A stretch of 32,000 nt of DNA from contig NC_011979.1 in NCBI RefSeq assembly GCF_000022265.1, forward strand, positions 840,001 to 872,000, in the 5' to 3' direction. Below are positions 12,295 to 21,983 of the stretch, piece after piece. Numbering within the stretch: position 1 is the first letter of the stretch; the number at the start of each line of letters is the position of its first letter. The stretch is from Geotalea daltonii FRC-32 (GTDB lineage Bacteria > Desulfobacterota > Desulfuromonadia > Geobacterales > Geobacteraceae). A program made the position numbers and the translations under genes. The notes beneath the pieces were generated by a model. That model worked only from the letters and a program-made list of their open reading frames with translations, did no database searches and had not been told where the DNA came from.

Positions 12295-13128
12295 GTGACC
12301 ATGCGCGATCTTCATAAAAAAAAACCACGGCCGGTTACGCAAAACCGGCTGAAAAAGCCGCCCAAGACGTGCAAGCCGATTAACTATCGAGGCATCCTTA
12401 AAAAAACAGCCAAGGTAGTGGGGGGAGCAGCACTGATTTCCGCGGTTGGATGTGCAGGATATGGCATCTACCGGATCATTGCCGGCACGACCTTTTTCAA
12501 GCTGGAGCGGATCGAGGTTAGCGAGCTGAAGACCCTCAAGCGCCAGGAAATCATCGACCTGGCTGGGGTAAGGGAGGGGGACGGGATGTTCGGCCTCAGG
12601 CTGCGCAGCATCGGCGAACAGATCGGAAAAAACCCCTGGGTTTCACGGGTAGAGGTCAGGCGCTACCTGCCCAATACCCTCTCCATGCAGATAGCGGAGC
12701 GCCAGCCGGTGGCGGTGATCAACATGGGGTACCTCTATTATCTGGATGCCAATGGTGATGTTTTCAAGCCGCTTACCGAGGGGGACCAGCTGGATTACCC
12801 GGTCATTACCGGTATCAGTGAAGAAGACATTGCCAGGGATCCGGCCGGATCGAAAGGGGCGCTCAAGGAGGTACTGGAGTTGATTGCACATCTCAAGTCC
12901 CGCGCCGACTTCAAACTGGATGAAGTTTCAGAGATTCATTACGATAAGGGATACGGCGTTACATTGTTCACCGCAGCGGCAGGTGTGCCTGTAAAACTGG
13001 GGAGTGGCGATTACAGCCGGAAACTGGATCGTCTTGCCAGGATATATAAGGAACTGCAAACCCAGATATCTGTTCTGGAATATATTGATCTCGATTACAG
13101 CGATAAGATCATAGTGAAAAAGGTTTAA
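12295..13128 (+). CDS. ftsQ: Cell division protein FtsQ (POTRA domain)
   Basis: 277 aa. It has a basic cytoplasmic tail, a single TM segment (VVGGAALISAVGCAGYGIY) and a POTRA-like segment (FKLERIEVSELKTLKRQEIIDLAGV). It lies between ddl and ftsA. The start is GTG 12295 or ATG 12301. Confidence 0.88.
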   Translation: MTMRDLHKKKPRPVTQNRLKKPPKTCKPINYRGILKKTAKVVGGAALISAVGCAGYGIYRIIAGTTFFKLERIEVSELKTLKRQEIIDLAGVREGDGMFGLRLRSIGEQIGKNPWVSRVEVRRYLPNTLSMQIAERQPVAVINMGYLYYLDANGDVFKPLTEGDQLDYPVITGISEEDIARDPAGSKGALKEVLELIAHLKSRADFKLDEVSEIHYDKGYGVTLFTAAAGVPVKLGSGDYSRKLDRLARIYKELQTQISVLEYIDLDYSDKIIVKKV

Positions 13129-13139
13129 AGGGGGGGTGT

Positions 13140-14375
13140 ATGTCGGCAAGAAGGGATAATCTCATTGTAGGGCTGGATATCGGCACCACCAAGATCTGTG
13201 CCATTGTCGGCAACCTTACCGAAGAGGGGATAGACATCGTCGGCATTGGTACCAGTCCCTCGCGGGGTCTGCGAAAGGGTGTCGTGATCAATATCGAGAG
13301 CACGGTGGCTTCCATCAGGAAAGCGGTGGAGGAAGCCGAGCTCATGGCCGGCTGTGAGATAAAATCTGTCTATGCCGGTATTGCCGGCGGGCACATCAAG
13401 GGGTTCAACTCCCAGGGTGTGATTGCCATCAAGAATCGCGAGGTTTGCGCCGAAGATGTAAAAAGGGTCATCGACGCGGCTAAGGCCATTGCCATCCCCA
13501 TGGACCGGGAAGTGATCCACATTCTCCCTCAGGAGTTCATTATCGACGACCAGGACGGCATTCGCGAGCCGCTGGGCATGAGTGGCGTCAGGCTGGAGGC
13601 CAAGGTCCATATCGTCACCGGGGCCGTCGCCAGCGCCCAGAACATCATCAAATCCTGCAATCGTGCCGGCTTGGACGTGGCGGATATTGTGCTGGAGCAG
13701 CTTGCCTCTTCAGAGGCGGTTCTTTCGGCCGATGAAAAAGAATTGGGAGTAGCTCTCATCGATGTGGGGGGGGGAACAACAGACATTGCCATTTTTGTCG
13801 ACGGCGCCATCAAGCATACCTCCGTACTTTCCCTTGGCGGCAACCACCTGACCAACGATATCGCCGTGGGCCTGAGAACCCCAATGGCAGAGGCGGAAAA
13901 GATCAAGCAGAAGTACGGTTGTTGTCTGGCCTCCCTGGTGGGCAAGGATGAAACCATCGAGGTGCCGAGCGTCGGCGGCAGGAAACCAAGGGTGCTTTCC
14001 CGTCAGCTTTTGGCTGAAATTCTGGAGCCTCGTGTGGAGGAAATCTTCACCCTGGTCAACCGGGAGATCGTCAAGTCAGGTTATGAGGACATGATTGCCT
14101 CCGGGGTGGTGATAACCGGTGGAAGCACCATACTGGAAGGGATGCCGGAGCTTGCCGAGCAGGTTTTCAACCTGCCGGTGAGAAGGGGCCTGCCTCAGCG
14201 GATCGGCGGTCTGGTGGATGTGGTAAATTCGCCGGCCTACGCCACAGGCGTTGGACTCGTGGTATACGGCAGCAAAAATGTGGGGGTCCACGAATTTCCG
14301 TCGGCCCAGAGCGAAGAAAGCATCTTCCGCAAAGTGAGCGGCAGGATGAAGGAATGGTTCAGCGAGTTTTTCTGA
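13140..14375 (+). CDS. ftsA: Cell division protein FtsA (actin-like ATPase)
   Basis: 411 aa with phosphate-binding motifs [14 protein letters not shown] and [14 protein letters not shown]-rich SD (GGGGGGG) precedes the ATG. Confidence 0.96.
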   Translation: MSARRDNLIVGLDIGTTKICAIVGNLTEEGIDIVGIGTSPSRGLRKGVVINIESTVASIRKAVEEAELMAGCEIKSVYAGIAGGHIKGFNSQGVIAIKNREVCAEDVKRVIDAAKAIAIPMDREVIHILPQEFIIDDQDGIREPLGMSGVRLEAKVHIVTGAVASAQNIIKSCNRAGLDVADIVLEQLASSEAVLSADEKELGVALIDVGGGTTDIAIFVDGAIKHTSVLSLGGNHLTNDIAVGLRTPMAEAEKIKQKYGCCLASLVGKDETIEVPSVGGRKPRVLSRQLLAEILEPRVEEIFTLVNREIVKSGYEDMIASGVVITGGSTILEGMPELAEQVFNLPVRRGLPQRIGGLVDVVNSPAYATGVGLVVYGSKNVGVHEFPSAQSEESIFRKVSGRMKEWFSEFF

Positions 14376-14430
14376 TGAATATAGTTCATGTGCAGGTCTA
14401 AACATACAACACAGCAAAAAGGGGGGGGAG

Positions 14431-15582
14431 ATGTTCGAATTTGACGAGAGTATTGACCAGACGGCGAAAATCAAGGTGATCGGGGTAGGGGGAAGCGGCG
14501 GCAACGCCGTAAATACCATGATCAACAGCAACGTGGGGGGCGTTGACTTCATTGTTGCCAACACCGATGCCCAAGCATTGCGTAACTCGAAGGCACCGCT
14601 GAAAATCCAGATCGGTGGCCAGCTGACCAAAGGGCTCGGGGCCGGAGCCAACCCCACCGTAGGGAGGGAAGCTGCCCTGGAGGATCGGGAAAAGCTGCTG
14701 GAATCCCTGAAGGGCGCAGACATGATCTTCATTGCCGCCGGCATGGGGGGCGGTACCGGTACCGGTGCAGCGCCTGTCATTGCCGAAGTGGCAAGGGAGG
14801 TGGGGGCGCTTACAGTCGGAGTCGTCACCAAGCCTTTCAGTCGCGAAGGGCGCCAGCGTCTAGCCAAAGGGGAAGACGGGATCAAAGAGCTGAAGAAGCA
14901 TGTGGACTCCCTGATCGTCATTCCCAACGACCGTTTGCTGGGACTGGCCGGTAAATCAATGTCCATCCTCGACGCCTTCAAGCCTTCCGACGACGTGCTG
15001 CGCCAGGCTGTGCAGGGCATTTCAGACCTGATCACTACCTCTGGTCTGATCAACGTCGACTTTGCCGATGTAAAGGCGATCATGAGCGAGCGCGGTATGG
15101 CCATGATGGGGATCGGTATGGGCTCCGGTGAAAATCGCGCCGTTGACGCTGCTACCCGGGCCATTTCCAGCCCGCTGCTGGAAGATATCGACATTTCCGG
15201 GGCCAAAGGGGTGCTGGTGAACATTTCCGGCTCCAGTGCCATGACCATGGACGAGTTCGATGCAGCAAGCCGTATCATCCACGAGAAGGTGCATGAGGAT
15301 GCCAATATTATCGTCGGTCTGGTAATCGATGAGAACCTGGGCGATGTGATCAAGGTAACGGCTATCGCCACCGGGTTCGGTGACCGCTTCGACGTGGAAA
15401 AGACCCGCCAGGAGCTGAAAAGCGTGGCACCCGTGGTACGAAACGAGATAAACCGGGAAATCCCGACCTTTATCAGGGAAAAACAGCAGCAGCGTGAGAC
15501 CTTTTCCCGGCAGCGGAGCTTCATGATGGATGATGAGGAGCAGTATGACATCCCCACCTTCCTCCGCAAATCGGTCGACTAA
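14431..15582 (+). CDS. ftsZ: Cell division GTPase FtsZ
   Basis: 383 aa with the tubulin signature [13 protein letters not shown] and the conserved C-terminal peptide [10 protein letters not shown]8 SD tract lies upstream. Confidence 0.98.
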   Translation: MFEFDESIDQTAKIKVIGVGGSGGNAVNTMINSNVGGVDFIVANTDAQALRNSKAPLKIQIGGQLTKGLGAGANPTVGREAALEDREKLLESLKGADMIFIAAGMGGGTGTGAAPVIAEVAREVGALTVGVVTKPFSREGRQRLAKGEDGIKELKKHVDSLIVIPNDRLLGLAGKSMSILDAFKPSDDVLRQAVQGISDLITTSGLINVDFADVKAIMSERGMAMMGIGMGSGENRAVDAATRAISSPLLEDIDISGAKGVLVNISGSSAMTMDEFDAASRIIHEKVHEDANIIVGLVIDENLGDVIKVTAIATGFGDRFDVEKTRQELKSVAPVVRNEINREIPTFIREKQQQRETFSRQRSFMMDDEEQYDIPTFLRKSVD

Positions 15583-15810
15583 GCAGCGCCACTTTTCCGC
15601 CTGCTGCGTAAGTCTTCAGGAGCACTTGTGCGGCGTGGCGCTGCCACGCCTCCGCGCGCTCCTTCGACAGCCTTGCAGAGACGAAAAATTGTCGCTGCTG
15701 AAATTGCGGTAGATGGTTGCGACTGTAACCCAACTTCTGCATATTCAGTGTGATGATTTCATGTCAACCGCTGGTGGTGGCCCCCCCGCCACCGGCAGGG
15801 AGTTTAGTTC

Positions 15811-15853
15811 CCCGGCCCCATTACTTCCCCCTCCATGGGGGCCGGGTCTTTTT
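15811..15853 (+). terminator. Candidate rho-independent terminator closing the dcw/ftsZ transcript
   Basis: A 9-bp GC stem pairs CCCGGCCCC (15811-15819) with GGGGCCGGG (15838-15846). The loop is large, but two more pairs are possible with one bulge. TCTTTTT follows. It lies ~230 nt after the ftsZ stop. Confidence 0.55.
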
Positions 15854-15891
15854 CCCTTTCAAACTGTCCCTCGAAGTGCTAACTTTTTGGC

Positions 15892-17559
15892 ATGTCCTGG
15901 AAGATCATCGAGAAACACCGTAAAATCCTTGCCTGCGAGGATGGGATACCAATAAAGAAGTCGGTGGCCGGCCTCAGGTTCTGCCTGGTTTATCCCAACC
16001 GCTACCATGCCGCCATGAGCAATCTGGGCTTTCAGGCGGTCCATTCCATTCTCAATGGTTACCCTGATGTCCTCTGCGAACGGGCCTTTCTTCCGGACCG
16101 GGAGGATCTGGACGAGTATGCGAAATCGGGTACCCGCCTCCTTTCCCTGGAATCCCAGCGGCCGGTAGCCGAGTTCGATATCATTGCATTCTCTGTCTCC
16201 TTCGAAAGCGATTACCTGAACCTGCCCGTCATTTTCAAGCTTGCAGGCCTGCCTTCCTGTGCCGCGGAGCGTGATTCCTCCATGCCTCTAGTCATGGCCG
16301 GCGGTGCGGCTCTTTTTCTCAATCCTGAGCCAGTTGCGGATTTTATGGATTTCATTTGCGTCGGTGAGGCTGAAACCCTTCTGCCTGCCCTGCTACGGGT
16401 CCTGACCGTGGACGAGCAGATCGTCCGACGGGAACTTTTGGCGCGTTGTGCCGTGGTGCCGGGAGTCTATGTCCCCTCCTTTTACCAGATCACCTATGCC
16501 GGTGCAGGCATCGCTTCGCGCATTAATCTTGATCCCGCCCCGCCGGCGGTCCAACGGCTTTGGGACGGGGACCGTAATGGGGCACCTACTGTCTCGACTA
16601 TCCTCACCGAAAATACGGAATTTTCCGATATGTACCTGGTTGAGGTCGCCCGCGGCTGCCCGCGTGGCTGCCGGTTCTGCGCCGCCGGCTTCATCTATCT
16701 TCCCTATCGCCAGAGGAACATGGAATCGGTTATGGAAGAGGTGAGGAAAGGGCTGCAGAAAAAGAAAAAAATAGGGCTGGTGGGCGCGGCCGTTTCCGAC
16801 TTCAAGGGGGTCGGCGAGCTGTCACGATTCATCGTCCAACAGGGCGGGAAAGTATCTGTTGCTTCCCTGCGTATCGACTGTCTTGACGAACAGCTGGTGG
16901 ATTCCCTAAAGGAGAGCGGCCACAAGACGGTGGCGCTGGCCCCGGAAGGGGGATCACAGCGCCTGCGGGACCTGATCAAAAAGAATATCGACGAAGAGCA
17001 GATATTGACTGCCTGCGACCTGCTCATCGGCAAGGACCTGCTCAACCTGAAACTGTACTTCATCATCGGCCTTCCCACGGAAACCATGGTCGATCTGGAT
17101 GAGATGATCGCCCTTGTGACCAAGGTGCGTGACAGGGTCATTGACGCGGCACGTAAAAACAAAAGGCTGGGTGAGGTGCTGCTTTCGGTTAATCCATTCA
17201 TCCCGAAACCCTTTACCCCCTTCCAGTGGTGCGGCATGGAAGACCTGAAGAGCCTTGAGAAAAAGGCCAGATACCTGCAAAAGGGCCTCTCTGGTCTGTC
17301 AAACGTGAGGATGCAGATGGAGGGATTGAAGGATGCCTATCTGCAGGCACTGCTGTCCCGGGGAGACCGCCGTCTGGCGCCACTCATCCTGCTGGCCGGC
17401 GAAAAAGGCTGGAAAAAGGCCGCCCGTGAATTGAATGTTGACACCGATTCCTGGGTCAGGCGAGACATTTCCCTCGACGAGGTCTTACCCTGGGATTTCA
17501 TTGACAGTGGCGACAGGGAAAAGTTGGTGAGTGAATACCGGAAGGCGTTTTCTGCTTGA
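15892..17559 (+). CDS. Radical SAM protein with N-terminal B12-binding-like domain (TIGR03960-like uncharacterised family)
   Basis: 555 aa with the CxxxCxxC cluster motif in EVARGCPRGCRFCAAGFIYLPYRQR. The N-terminal block RFCLVYPNRYHAAMSNLGFQAV resembles that family. An in-frame TAA sits 4 codons upstream, so ATG 15892 is the first possible start. No obvious SD. Confidence 0.8.
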   Translation: MSWKIIEKHRKILACEDGIPIKKSVAGLRFCLVYPNRYHAAMSNLGFQAVHSILNGYPDVLCERAFLPDREDLDEYAKSGTRLLSLESQRPVAEFDIIAFSVSFESDYLNLPVIFKLAGLPSCAAERDSSMPLVMAGGAALFLNPEPVADFMDFICVGEAETLLPALLRVLTVDEQIVRRELLARCAVVPGVYVPSFYQITYAGAGIASRINLDPAPPAVQRLWDGDRNGAPTVSTILTENTEFSDMYLVEVARGCPRGCRFCAAGFIYLPYRQRNMESVMEEVRKGLQKKKKIGLVGAAVSDFKGVGELSRFIVQQGGKVSVASLRIDCLDEQLVDSLKESGHKTVALAPEGGSQRLRDLIKKNIDEEQILTACDLLIGKDLLNLKLYFIIGLPTETMVDLDEMIALVTKVRDRVIDAARKNKRLGEVLLSVNPFIPKPFTPFQWCGMEDLKSLEKKARYLQKGLSGLSNVRMQMEGLKDAYLQALLSRGDRRLAPLILLAGEKGWKKAARELNVDTDSWVRRDISLDEVLPWDFIDSGDREKLVSEYRKAFSA

Positions 17560-17565
17560 ATGAAA

Positions 17566-17592
17566 CCACGGCAGCTGTTGAGGCTGCCGTGG
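17566..17592. terminator. Hairpin between convergent genes (possible bidirectional terminator)
   Basis: A perfect 10-bp stem pairs CCACGGCAGC with GCTGCCGTGG around a 7-nt loop. It lies between the radical SAM stop (17559) and the OMP stop (17608). The U-tract is weak and present only on the minus-strand side (TTTCATTCA). Confidence 0.5.
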
Positions 17593-17607
17593 TCGAGTGT
17601 GAGGCAA

Positions 17608-18207
17608 TCAGTTGAAGAACAGGCGCAAACCGACAGTGGTGGAGATATTGGAAGGATCGTAGTCCCCCACCTTGGTTCCCAACCGGTTTACATCAGCGTC
17701 AAAGGCGCCGAGTCCTTTCAATTCGGCGGTAAAGGCGAGATTCCTGCTGACGAAGAAATCGACACCGGCGGTCAGATGTAACCCCAGCACCGTATCCACC
17801 TGCAGGTCGTCAAGGTCCGGAATCAAGACGTCCAACCCTCCCCCCAGGTATGGAACCACATCATTTCTGTCGTTGAAACGGTACTGGGCACCCATGGAAA
17901 CATCATTCATGCTGGCCCGGCGGCTCTTGTCCGACCAGCCCTTGGTGTGGAACAGGGAATGGTCCACATTCAGCTCCAGTGCCACATGGTCGTCAACACC
18001 GTAGAACAGCCCGCCGCCCCCCACGAAGCCGGGATCAGTCTCGACGACCAGCTTTCCATCCTGATGGTTCCTCTCGCTCTCTGCCGGGAAAATGGCCCCC
18101 AATCTCCCGGTAATACCGAACTTTCCGCGCAGGTTTTCCGCCATGGCGTTGCTGCCTGTCAGCATGGCCACCAGTGCAATGGCCGTGATCAACAAACTCT
18201 TTCTCAT
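17608..18207 (-). CDS. Small outer-membrane beta-barrel protein (OmpW/OmpX-like, OMP_b-brl type)
   Basis: 199 aa with a Sec signal peptide MRKSLLITAIALVAMLTGSNAMA. Alternating hydrophobic beta-strand pattern rich in Gly and aromatics, aromatic-rich C-terminus (GLRLFFN), and AGGAGGG SD. Confidence 0.75.
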   Translation of the reverse strand: MRKSLLITAIALVAMLTGSNAMAENLRGKFGITGRLGAIFPAESERNHQDGKLVVETDPGFVGGGGLFYGVDDHVALELNVDHSLFHTKGWSDKSRRASMNDVSMGAQYRFNDRNDVVPYLGGGLDVLIPDLDDLQVDTVLGLHLTAGVDFFVSRNLAFTAELKGLGAFDADVNRLGTKVGDYDPSNISTTVGLRLFFN

Positions 18208-18293
18208 TGTTTTTCCCTCCTGAAAAAATAAGTAGCGGCATGTTAATGGAAAATTAAAAAGCCAGCAAGGAGAAAGTGCGGTTGTGCAGAAAT

Positions 18294-18317
18294 GAAAAAA
18301 GGGACCGAAGCGGTCCC
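18294..18317 (-). terminator. Rho-independent terminator downstream of elbB
   Basis: On the minus strand, stem GGGACCG/CGGTCCC with a 3-nt loop is followed directly by a T6 run (plus-strand A-run 18295-18300). Confidence 0.7.
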
Positions 18318-18356
18318 TTGGCGAGATGAGTTCACAGGAAGATTGTGTCAGTCCTT

Positions 18357-19013
18357 TTATATGAGGTCGATTACAGCCTTTACAGCCTTTTCAATGCCCG
18401 TTGCCGTGTCGGAGATGTTGCCGGCCAGCATGTAGGCGGGTGTGGAGACGATCTTATTCTTCCTGTCGATGACAAACTCGGTTACGGGGCAGTCCACGTG
18501 CCGGCTACCGGTCTGGTTGATGGCAGAAGCGGTGCCGGCATCATTGCCGATGGTCAGCTCCGGAGCGTATTCCTTGCCGAGAGTGGCGGCGATCAGGGCA
18601 GGTGCGATGCAGATGGCAAGAATGGGTTTCTTTGCTGCCGCCATTTCCTTGAGCAGCCTGGCCACGTCGGGCTGGATGGTGGCAGCAGCCCCTTTTTCGG
18701 CGAAATTGCACAGGTTCTTGGCAGCACCGTATCCGCCGGGAAAGACGAGGGCATCAATTTCGGCAGCTTTCACTTCTTTTATGTCCCTGATGTTGCCGCG
18801 GGCGATGCGAGCGGCTTCCACAAGGGCATTCCGCTTGCCGCCGGTTTCCTGCATGGTCAGATGGTTTGTCTCGGGATAATCTTCATTGGGCGCCATGCAG
18901 ATGGCTTCCCCGTTGTTCCGGTCGATGGCCAGCAGGGCCAGAACTGCCTCGTGGATTTCGCTGCCATCTCGCACCCCGCATCCTGAAAGTACCACGCCTA
19001 TTTTCTTTTTCAT
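18357..19013 (-). CDS. elbB: Isoprenoid biosynthesis glyoxalase ElbB (DJ-1/PfpI superfamily)
   Basis: 218 aa. It looks near-collinear with my recollection of E. coli ElbB: MKKKIGVVLSGCGVRDGSEIHEAVLALLAI.., FPGGYGAAKNLCNFA, ICIAPA and KIVSTPAYML. Confidence 0.88.
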   Translation of the reverse strand: MKKKIGVVLSGCGVRDGSEIHEAVLALLAIDRNNGEAICMAPNEDYPETNHLTMQETGGKRNALVEAARIARGNIRDIKEVKAAEIDALVFPGGYGAAKNLCNFAEKGAAATIQPDVARLLKEMAAAKKPILAICIAPALIAATLGKEYAPELTIGNDAGTASAINQTGSRHVDCPVTEFVIDRKNKIVSTPAYMLAGNISDTATGIEKAVKAVIDLI

Positions 19014-19055
19014 TTATTGTCCCCCCGCAACAGTTATTTCAATTTGTAGAACATT

Positions 19056-19083
19056 ATTTTAGCGAAATTTGCTGCTTTGACAA
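19056..19083 (-). promoter_or_regulatory. Candidate sigma70-type promoter for elbB
   Basis: The minus strand reads TTGTCA-16 nt-TAAAAT in the 88-nt clpB-elbB spacer. This is a hexamer match only. Confidence 0.4.
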
Positions 19084-19101
19084 TCTCTTTTTACGCCAGA
19101 T

Positions 19102-21702
19102 TCATGGCTCTCGCTTCTTGATTACCAGACTGTCCCCGTCCATGGCCACATCGACGACGACGGTGTCGCCTTCCTGGAATTTGCCCTGTAACAGCATGAG
19201 CGCCAACGGGTCCTGCACCTTTTTCTGCAGGGTTCGTTTCAGCGGTCGTGCGCCATATGCAGGATCGTAACCTTCCTTGGCAAGGTACTCGCTTGCCCTG
19301 CCCGTTATTTCCAGTCCCAGATTGCGCTCGGCCAGGCGCTTTTGCAGCCCCTTGATCTGGAGAGACACGATGTGTTTGATCTGCTCCAGCGGCAGGGAGT
19401 GGTAAATGATTATCTCGTCGATGCGGTTTAGAAACTCCGGTTTGAAGTTTTCCCGCAGGGTTCCCATGACCATTGTGCGCATTTTTGCGTAGTCGCCGCT
19501 GGCGTACTGCTGTATGAACTGGGAACCCAGGTTGCTGGTCATGATGATTACCGTATTGCGGAAATCGACGGTGCGACCCTGGCCGTCGGTGAGACGGCCG
19601 TCATCCAGCACCTGCAGCAGGATATTGAACACATCCGAGTGGGCCTTCTCGATCTCGTCGAACAGGACAATGCTGTAAGGACGGCGGCGGATGGCCTCGG
19701 TCAGCTGTCCCCCCTCTTCATAGCCCACATAACCGGGAGGTGCACCGATAAGTCTAGCTACCGTATGCCTTTCCTGATACTCACTCATGTCGATGCGAAC
19801 GATGGCCTGGTCATCGTCAAAGAGAAATTCTGCCAATGCCCGGGCGGTTTCGGTTTTGCCGACGCCAGTGGGTCCAAGGAAGATAAAGGAGCCTATGGGC
19901 CGGTTCGGGTCGGAAAGTCCGGACCTGGAACGCCGCACCGCATTGGCCACCAGTTCCAGGGCTTCATCCTGGCCAACGACCCTCCCTTTGAGGCGCTCTT
20001 CCATTCTGACCAGTTTTTCCGATTCGGTCTCCAGCATGCGGTTCACCGGGATGCCGGTCCACTTGGCGACAATCTCCGCCACCATGTCCCCGTCCACCTC
20101 TTCGGGAAGCATCTTCCCTTCTTTCTGTTTCTGCAGCAGTTCATTGCTCTTATCGGCAATATCCTTCTCGATGGCCGGTATCTCCCCATAGCGGAGCTTG
20201 GCGGTTAATGCCAGATCCCCTTCACGCTCACTCTTCTTCGCCTGTTCCTTTTTCTCTTCCAACTGCTTTTTCAGATCGCTGATGCTTGTCAGCAGGGATT
20301 TTTCCTGCTGCCATTGGCTCTTCAGCGTAGCCGAACTGCTGCGCAGTTCTTCAAGTTCGTCCGATATTTTCCTCAGTCGCTCTTTAGCATGGGGGTCCTG
20401 TTCTCGGAGCAGAGCCTGTTTTTCGATCTCCAGCTGGATGACCTTACGTTCCACCTCGTCGATTTCGGTGGGCATGGAGTCGATCTCGATGCGCAGGCGC
20501 GAGGCCGCCTCATCGATGAGGTCGATGGCCTTGTCCGGCAGAAAACGGTCGGTGATATATCTGTCGGAGAGGGTGGCCGCGGCGATGATGGCGCTGTCCT
20601 TGATGCGGACGCTGTGATAGTTCTCGTATCGCTCCTTGAGGCCGCGCAGAATGGCAATGGTGTCTTCGACACTGGGCTCTCCTGCGTAGACCTGCTGAAA
20701 CCGGCGTTCCAACGCCGCATCCTTTTCAATGTGCTTCCGGTATTCATTGAGGGTTGTGGCGCCGATGCAGTGCAGCTCGCCGCGGGCCAAGGCCGGCTTG
20801 AGCATGTTTGAGGCATCCATGGCCCCTTCGGCTGCCCCTGCCCCCACCAGGGTATGCAACTCGTCGATGAAGAGGATGATCTTGCCTTCGGCTTTCTCCA
20901 CTTCCTTGATCACTGCCTTGAGCCGGTCTTCAAATTCCCCACGGTACTTGGCACCGGCAATCAGCGCTCCCATGTCCAATGCCACCAGCTTCTTGTCCCG
21001 CAGGGTTTCCGGCACATCGCCGGAGATGATGCGCTGGGCCAGCCCTTCGACGATGGCGGTTTTTCCCACCCCGGGCTCGCCAATCAGGACCGGGTTATTC
21101 TTGGTTCGCCGCGACAGGACCTGGATAACCCTGCGTATCTCGTCGTCTCTGCCGATTACCGGGTCAAGTTTGCCTCGCCGAGCCAGATCGGTAAGGTCTC
21201 TGGCATATTTGGTCAGTGCCTGATACTTGTCTTCGGCGGCTTGATCGGTAATCTTTTCATCGCCCCTGATATCCTTCAAAGCGGCGAGAATTCCCTCGCG
21301 GGTAACACCGCTTTCTCTGAGAATCCCGGCAATAATACTTCCCTTTTCTCCTACCAGTGCCAAGAGCAAGTGCTCGGTGGAGACAAAGGCATCCTTCATG
21401 GTATCGGCTTCCTTCTGGGCTGCATCCAACACATGATTCAGTGTCGGGGAGAGGAATACCTGCATGGTGGCCCCGCTCGCCCGGGGCAGTTTGCGCAGGG
21501 CCTCGGCCAGCCGTTCGTTAACCAAGTTAGGGGTGACCCCCATCTTTTGCAGGATCGAGCCCGTCAGCCCCCCTTCCTGCCCCAGCATGGCCGAAAGCAG
21601 GTGCTCCGGCTCTATTGCGCTGTTGCCGCGTTGTGCTGCTGCTTCCTGGGCCTGAGACAAGGCTTCCTGGGTCTTTATCGTCATTTTTTCCGGCCTGATC
21701 AT
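19102..21702 (-). CDS. clpB: ATP-dependent chaperone/disaggregase ClpB
   Basis: 866 aa with N-terminal Clp_N repeats, two AAA+ modules (Walker A GEPGVGKT and GPTGVGKT) and a long coiled-coil middle domain between them. GAAGGAG SD. Confidence 0.97.
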   Translation of the reverse strand: MIRPEKMTIKTQEALSQAQEAAAQRGNSAIEPEHLLSAMLGQEGGLTGSILQKMGVTPNLVNERLAEALRKLPRASGATMQVFLSPTLNHVLDAAQKEADTMKDAFVSTEHLLLALVGEKGSIIAGILRESGVTREGILAALKDIRGDEKITDQAAEDKYQALTKYARDLTDLARRGKLDPVIGRDDEIRRVIQVLSRRTKNNPVLIGEPGVGKTAIVEGLAQRIISGDVPETLRDKKLVALDMGALIAGAKYRGEFEDRLKAVIKEVEKAEGKIILFIDELHTLVGAGAAEGAMDASNMLKPALARGELHCIGATTLNEYRKHIEKDAALERRFQQVYAGEPSVEDTIAILRGLKERYENYHSVRIKDSAIIAAATLSDRYITDRFLPDKAIDLIDEAASRLRIEIDSMPTEIDEVERKVIQLEIEKQALLREQDPHAKERLRKISDELEELRSSSATLKSQWQQEKSLLTSISDLKKQLEEKKEQAKKSEREGDLALTAKLRYGEIPAIEKDIADKSNELLQKQKEGKMLPEEVDGDMVAEIVAKWTGIPVNRMLETESEKLVRMEERLKGRVVGQDEALELVANAVRRSRSGLSDPNRPIGSFIFLGPTGVGKTETARALAEFLFDDDQAIVRIDMSEYQERHTVARLIGAPPGYVGYEEGGQLTEAIRRRPYSIVLFDEIEKAHSDVFNILLQVLDDGRLTDGQGRTVDFRNTVIIMTSNLGSQFIQQYASGDYAKMRTMVMGTLRENFKPEFLNRIDEIIIYHSLPLEQIKHIVSLQIKGLQKRLAERNLGLEITGRASEYLAKEGYDPAYGARPLKRTLQKKVQDPLALMLLQGKFQEGDTVVVDVAMDGDSLVIKKREP

Positions 21703-21732
21703 GGATAGCTCCTTCTAAAATTTCATAATGAA

Positions 21733-21761
21733 ATGATAAGTACGCACCTATCCCCTGTCAA
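21733..21761 (-). promoter_or_regulatory. Candidate clpB promoter (sigma70-like hexamers; also fits a sigma32-type CTTG-N18-CTTATCA pattern)
   Basis: The minus strand reads CCTTGACA-17 nt-TATCAT, ending ~30 nt upstream of the clpB ATG. TTGACA corresponds to plus 21756-21761 and TATCAT to plus 21733-21738. Confidence 0.5.
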
Positions 21762-21885
21762 GGTAACCACCGCTGTTCATCTTTTGCCTAGCTGTTCAAA
21801 AATTGAAACGGCCCTGTAGGCAGGAGTACACAGGGATTGAACGTTTTTCTGTTCAGGGAGAGGGCACCTCTTCCTAGTATGTAGG

Positions 21886-21894
21886 TGCTATAAT
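21886..21894 (+). promoter_or_regulatory. Candidate extended -10 promoter (TGcTATAAT) for the lipoprotein gene
   Basis: TGCTATAAT sits ~90 nt upstream of ATG 21984. The -35 element (ACCTCT) is poor. Motif match only. Confidence 0.35.
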
Positions 21895-21983
21895 TGTTGT
21901 AATTCCAGCGGGTTAATTTAGTCTTGGGCTTGGCATGCATCTGGTAAAGACAAGGTAAGAGGAAAAACTTCTGGAGGTGCATC

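Noticed and set aside
13753-13764. A G9 homopolymer inside ftsA (GTG GGG GGG GGA), plus G7-G8 tracts in the ftsA and ftsZ SD regions (13129-13136, 14421-14428), considered as possible slipped-strand phase-variation sites
   Set aside because: The coding run encodes the invariant DVGGGTTD phosphate-2 motif of an essential gene, and the others are simply G-rich SD sequences. Nothing suggests contingency-locus behaviour.
14076-15569. 497-aa ORF antisense to ftsA/ftsZ. Similar long antisense ORFs lie at 3067-4239 (opposite murF), 9405-10316 (murC), 1448-2146 (murE), 18345-18986 (elbB), 20854-21708 and 19639-20208 (clpB), and 27903-28709 and 28042-28806 (sulfite reductase).
   Set aside because: Each lies fully inside a strongly supported gene on the other strand. 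The translations are low-complexity (Ser/Pro/Ala/Arg-rich) with no recognisable motifs. These are typical shadow ORFs in GC-rich coding DNA.
15521-15955. ORFs 15521-15742 (-), 15530-15712 (+) and 15713-15955 (+) in the post-ftsZ spacer
   Set aside because: They overlap the ftsZ 3' end, the terminator hairpin or the radical SAM start. They have no SD and a Pro/Gly/Arg-rich composition. I treated the region as non-coding structured RNA instead.
19102-21702. Possible internal translation start producing a short ClpB isoform, as at Val149 in E. coli
   Set aside because: This cannot be supported from sequence alone. I found no convincing internal SD plus start at the equivalent position by eye.
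21931-21946. Sigma54-like motif TGGCATGCATCTGGTA upstream of the lipoprotein gene
   Set aside because: The -24 GG element fits, but the -12 element reads TGGT instead of TTGC and lacks the conserved GC. No enhancer-binding-protein gene is nearby.
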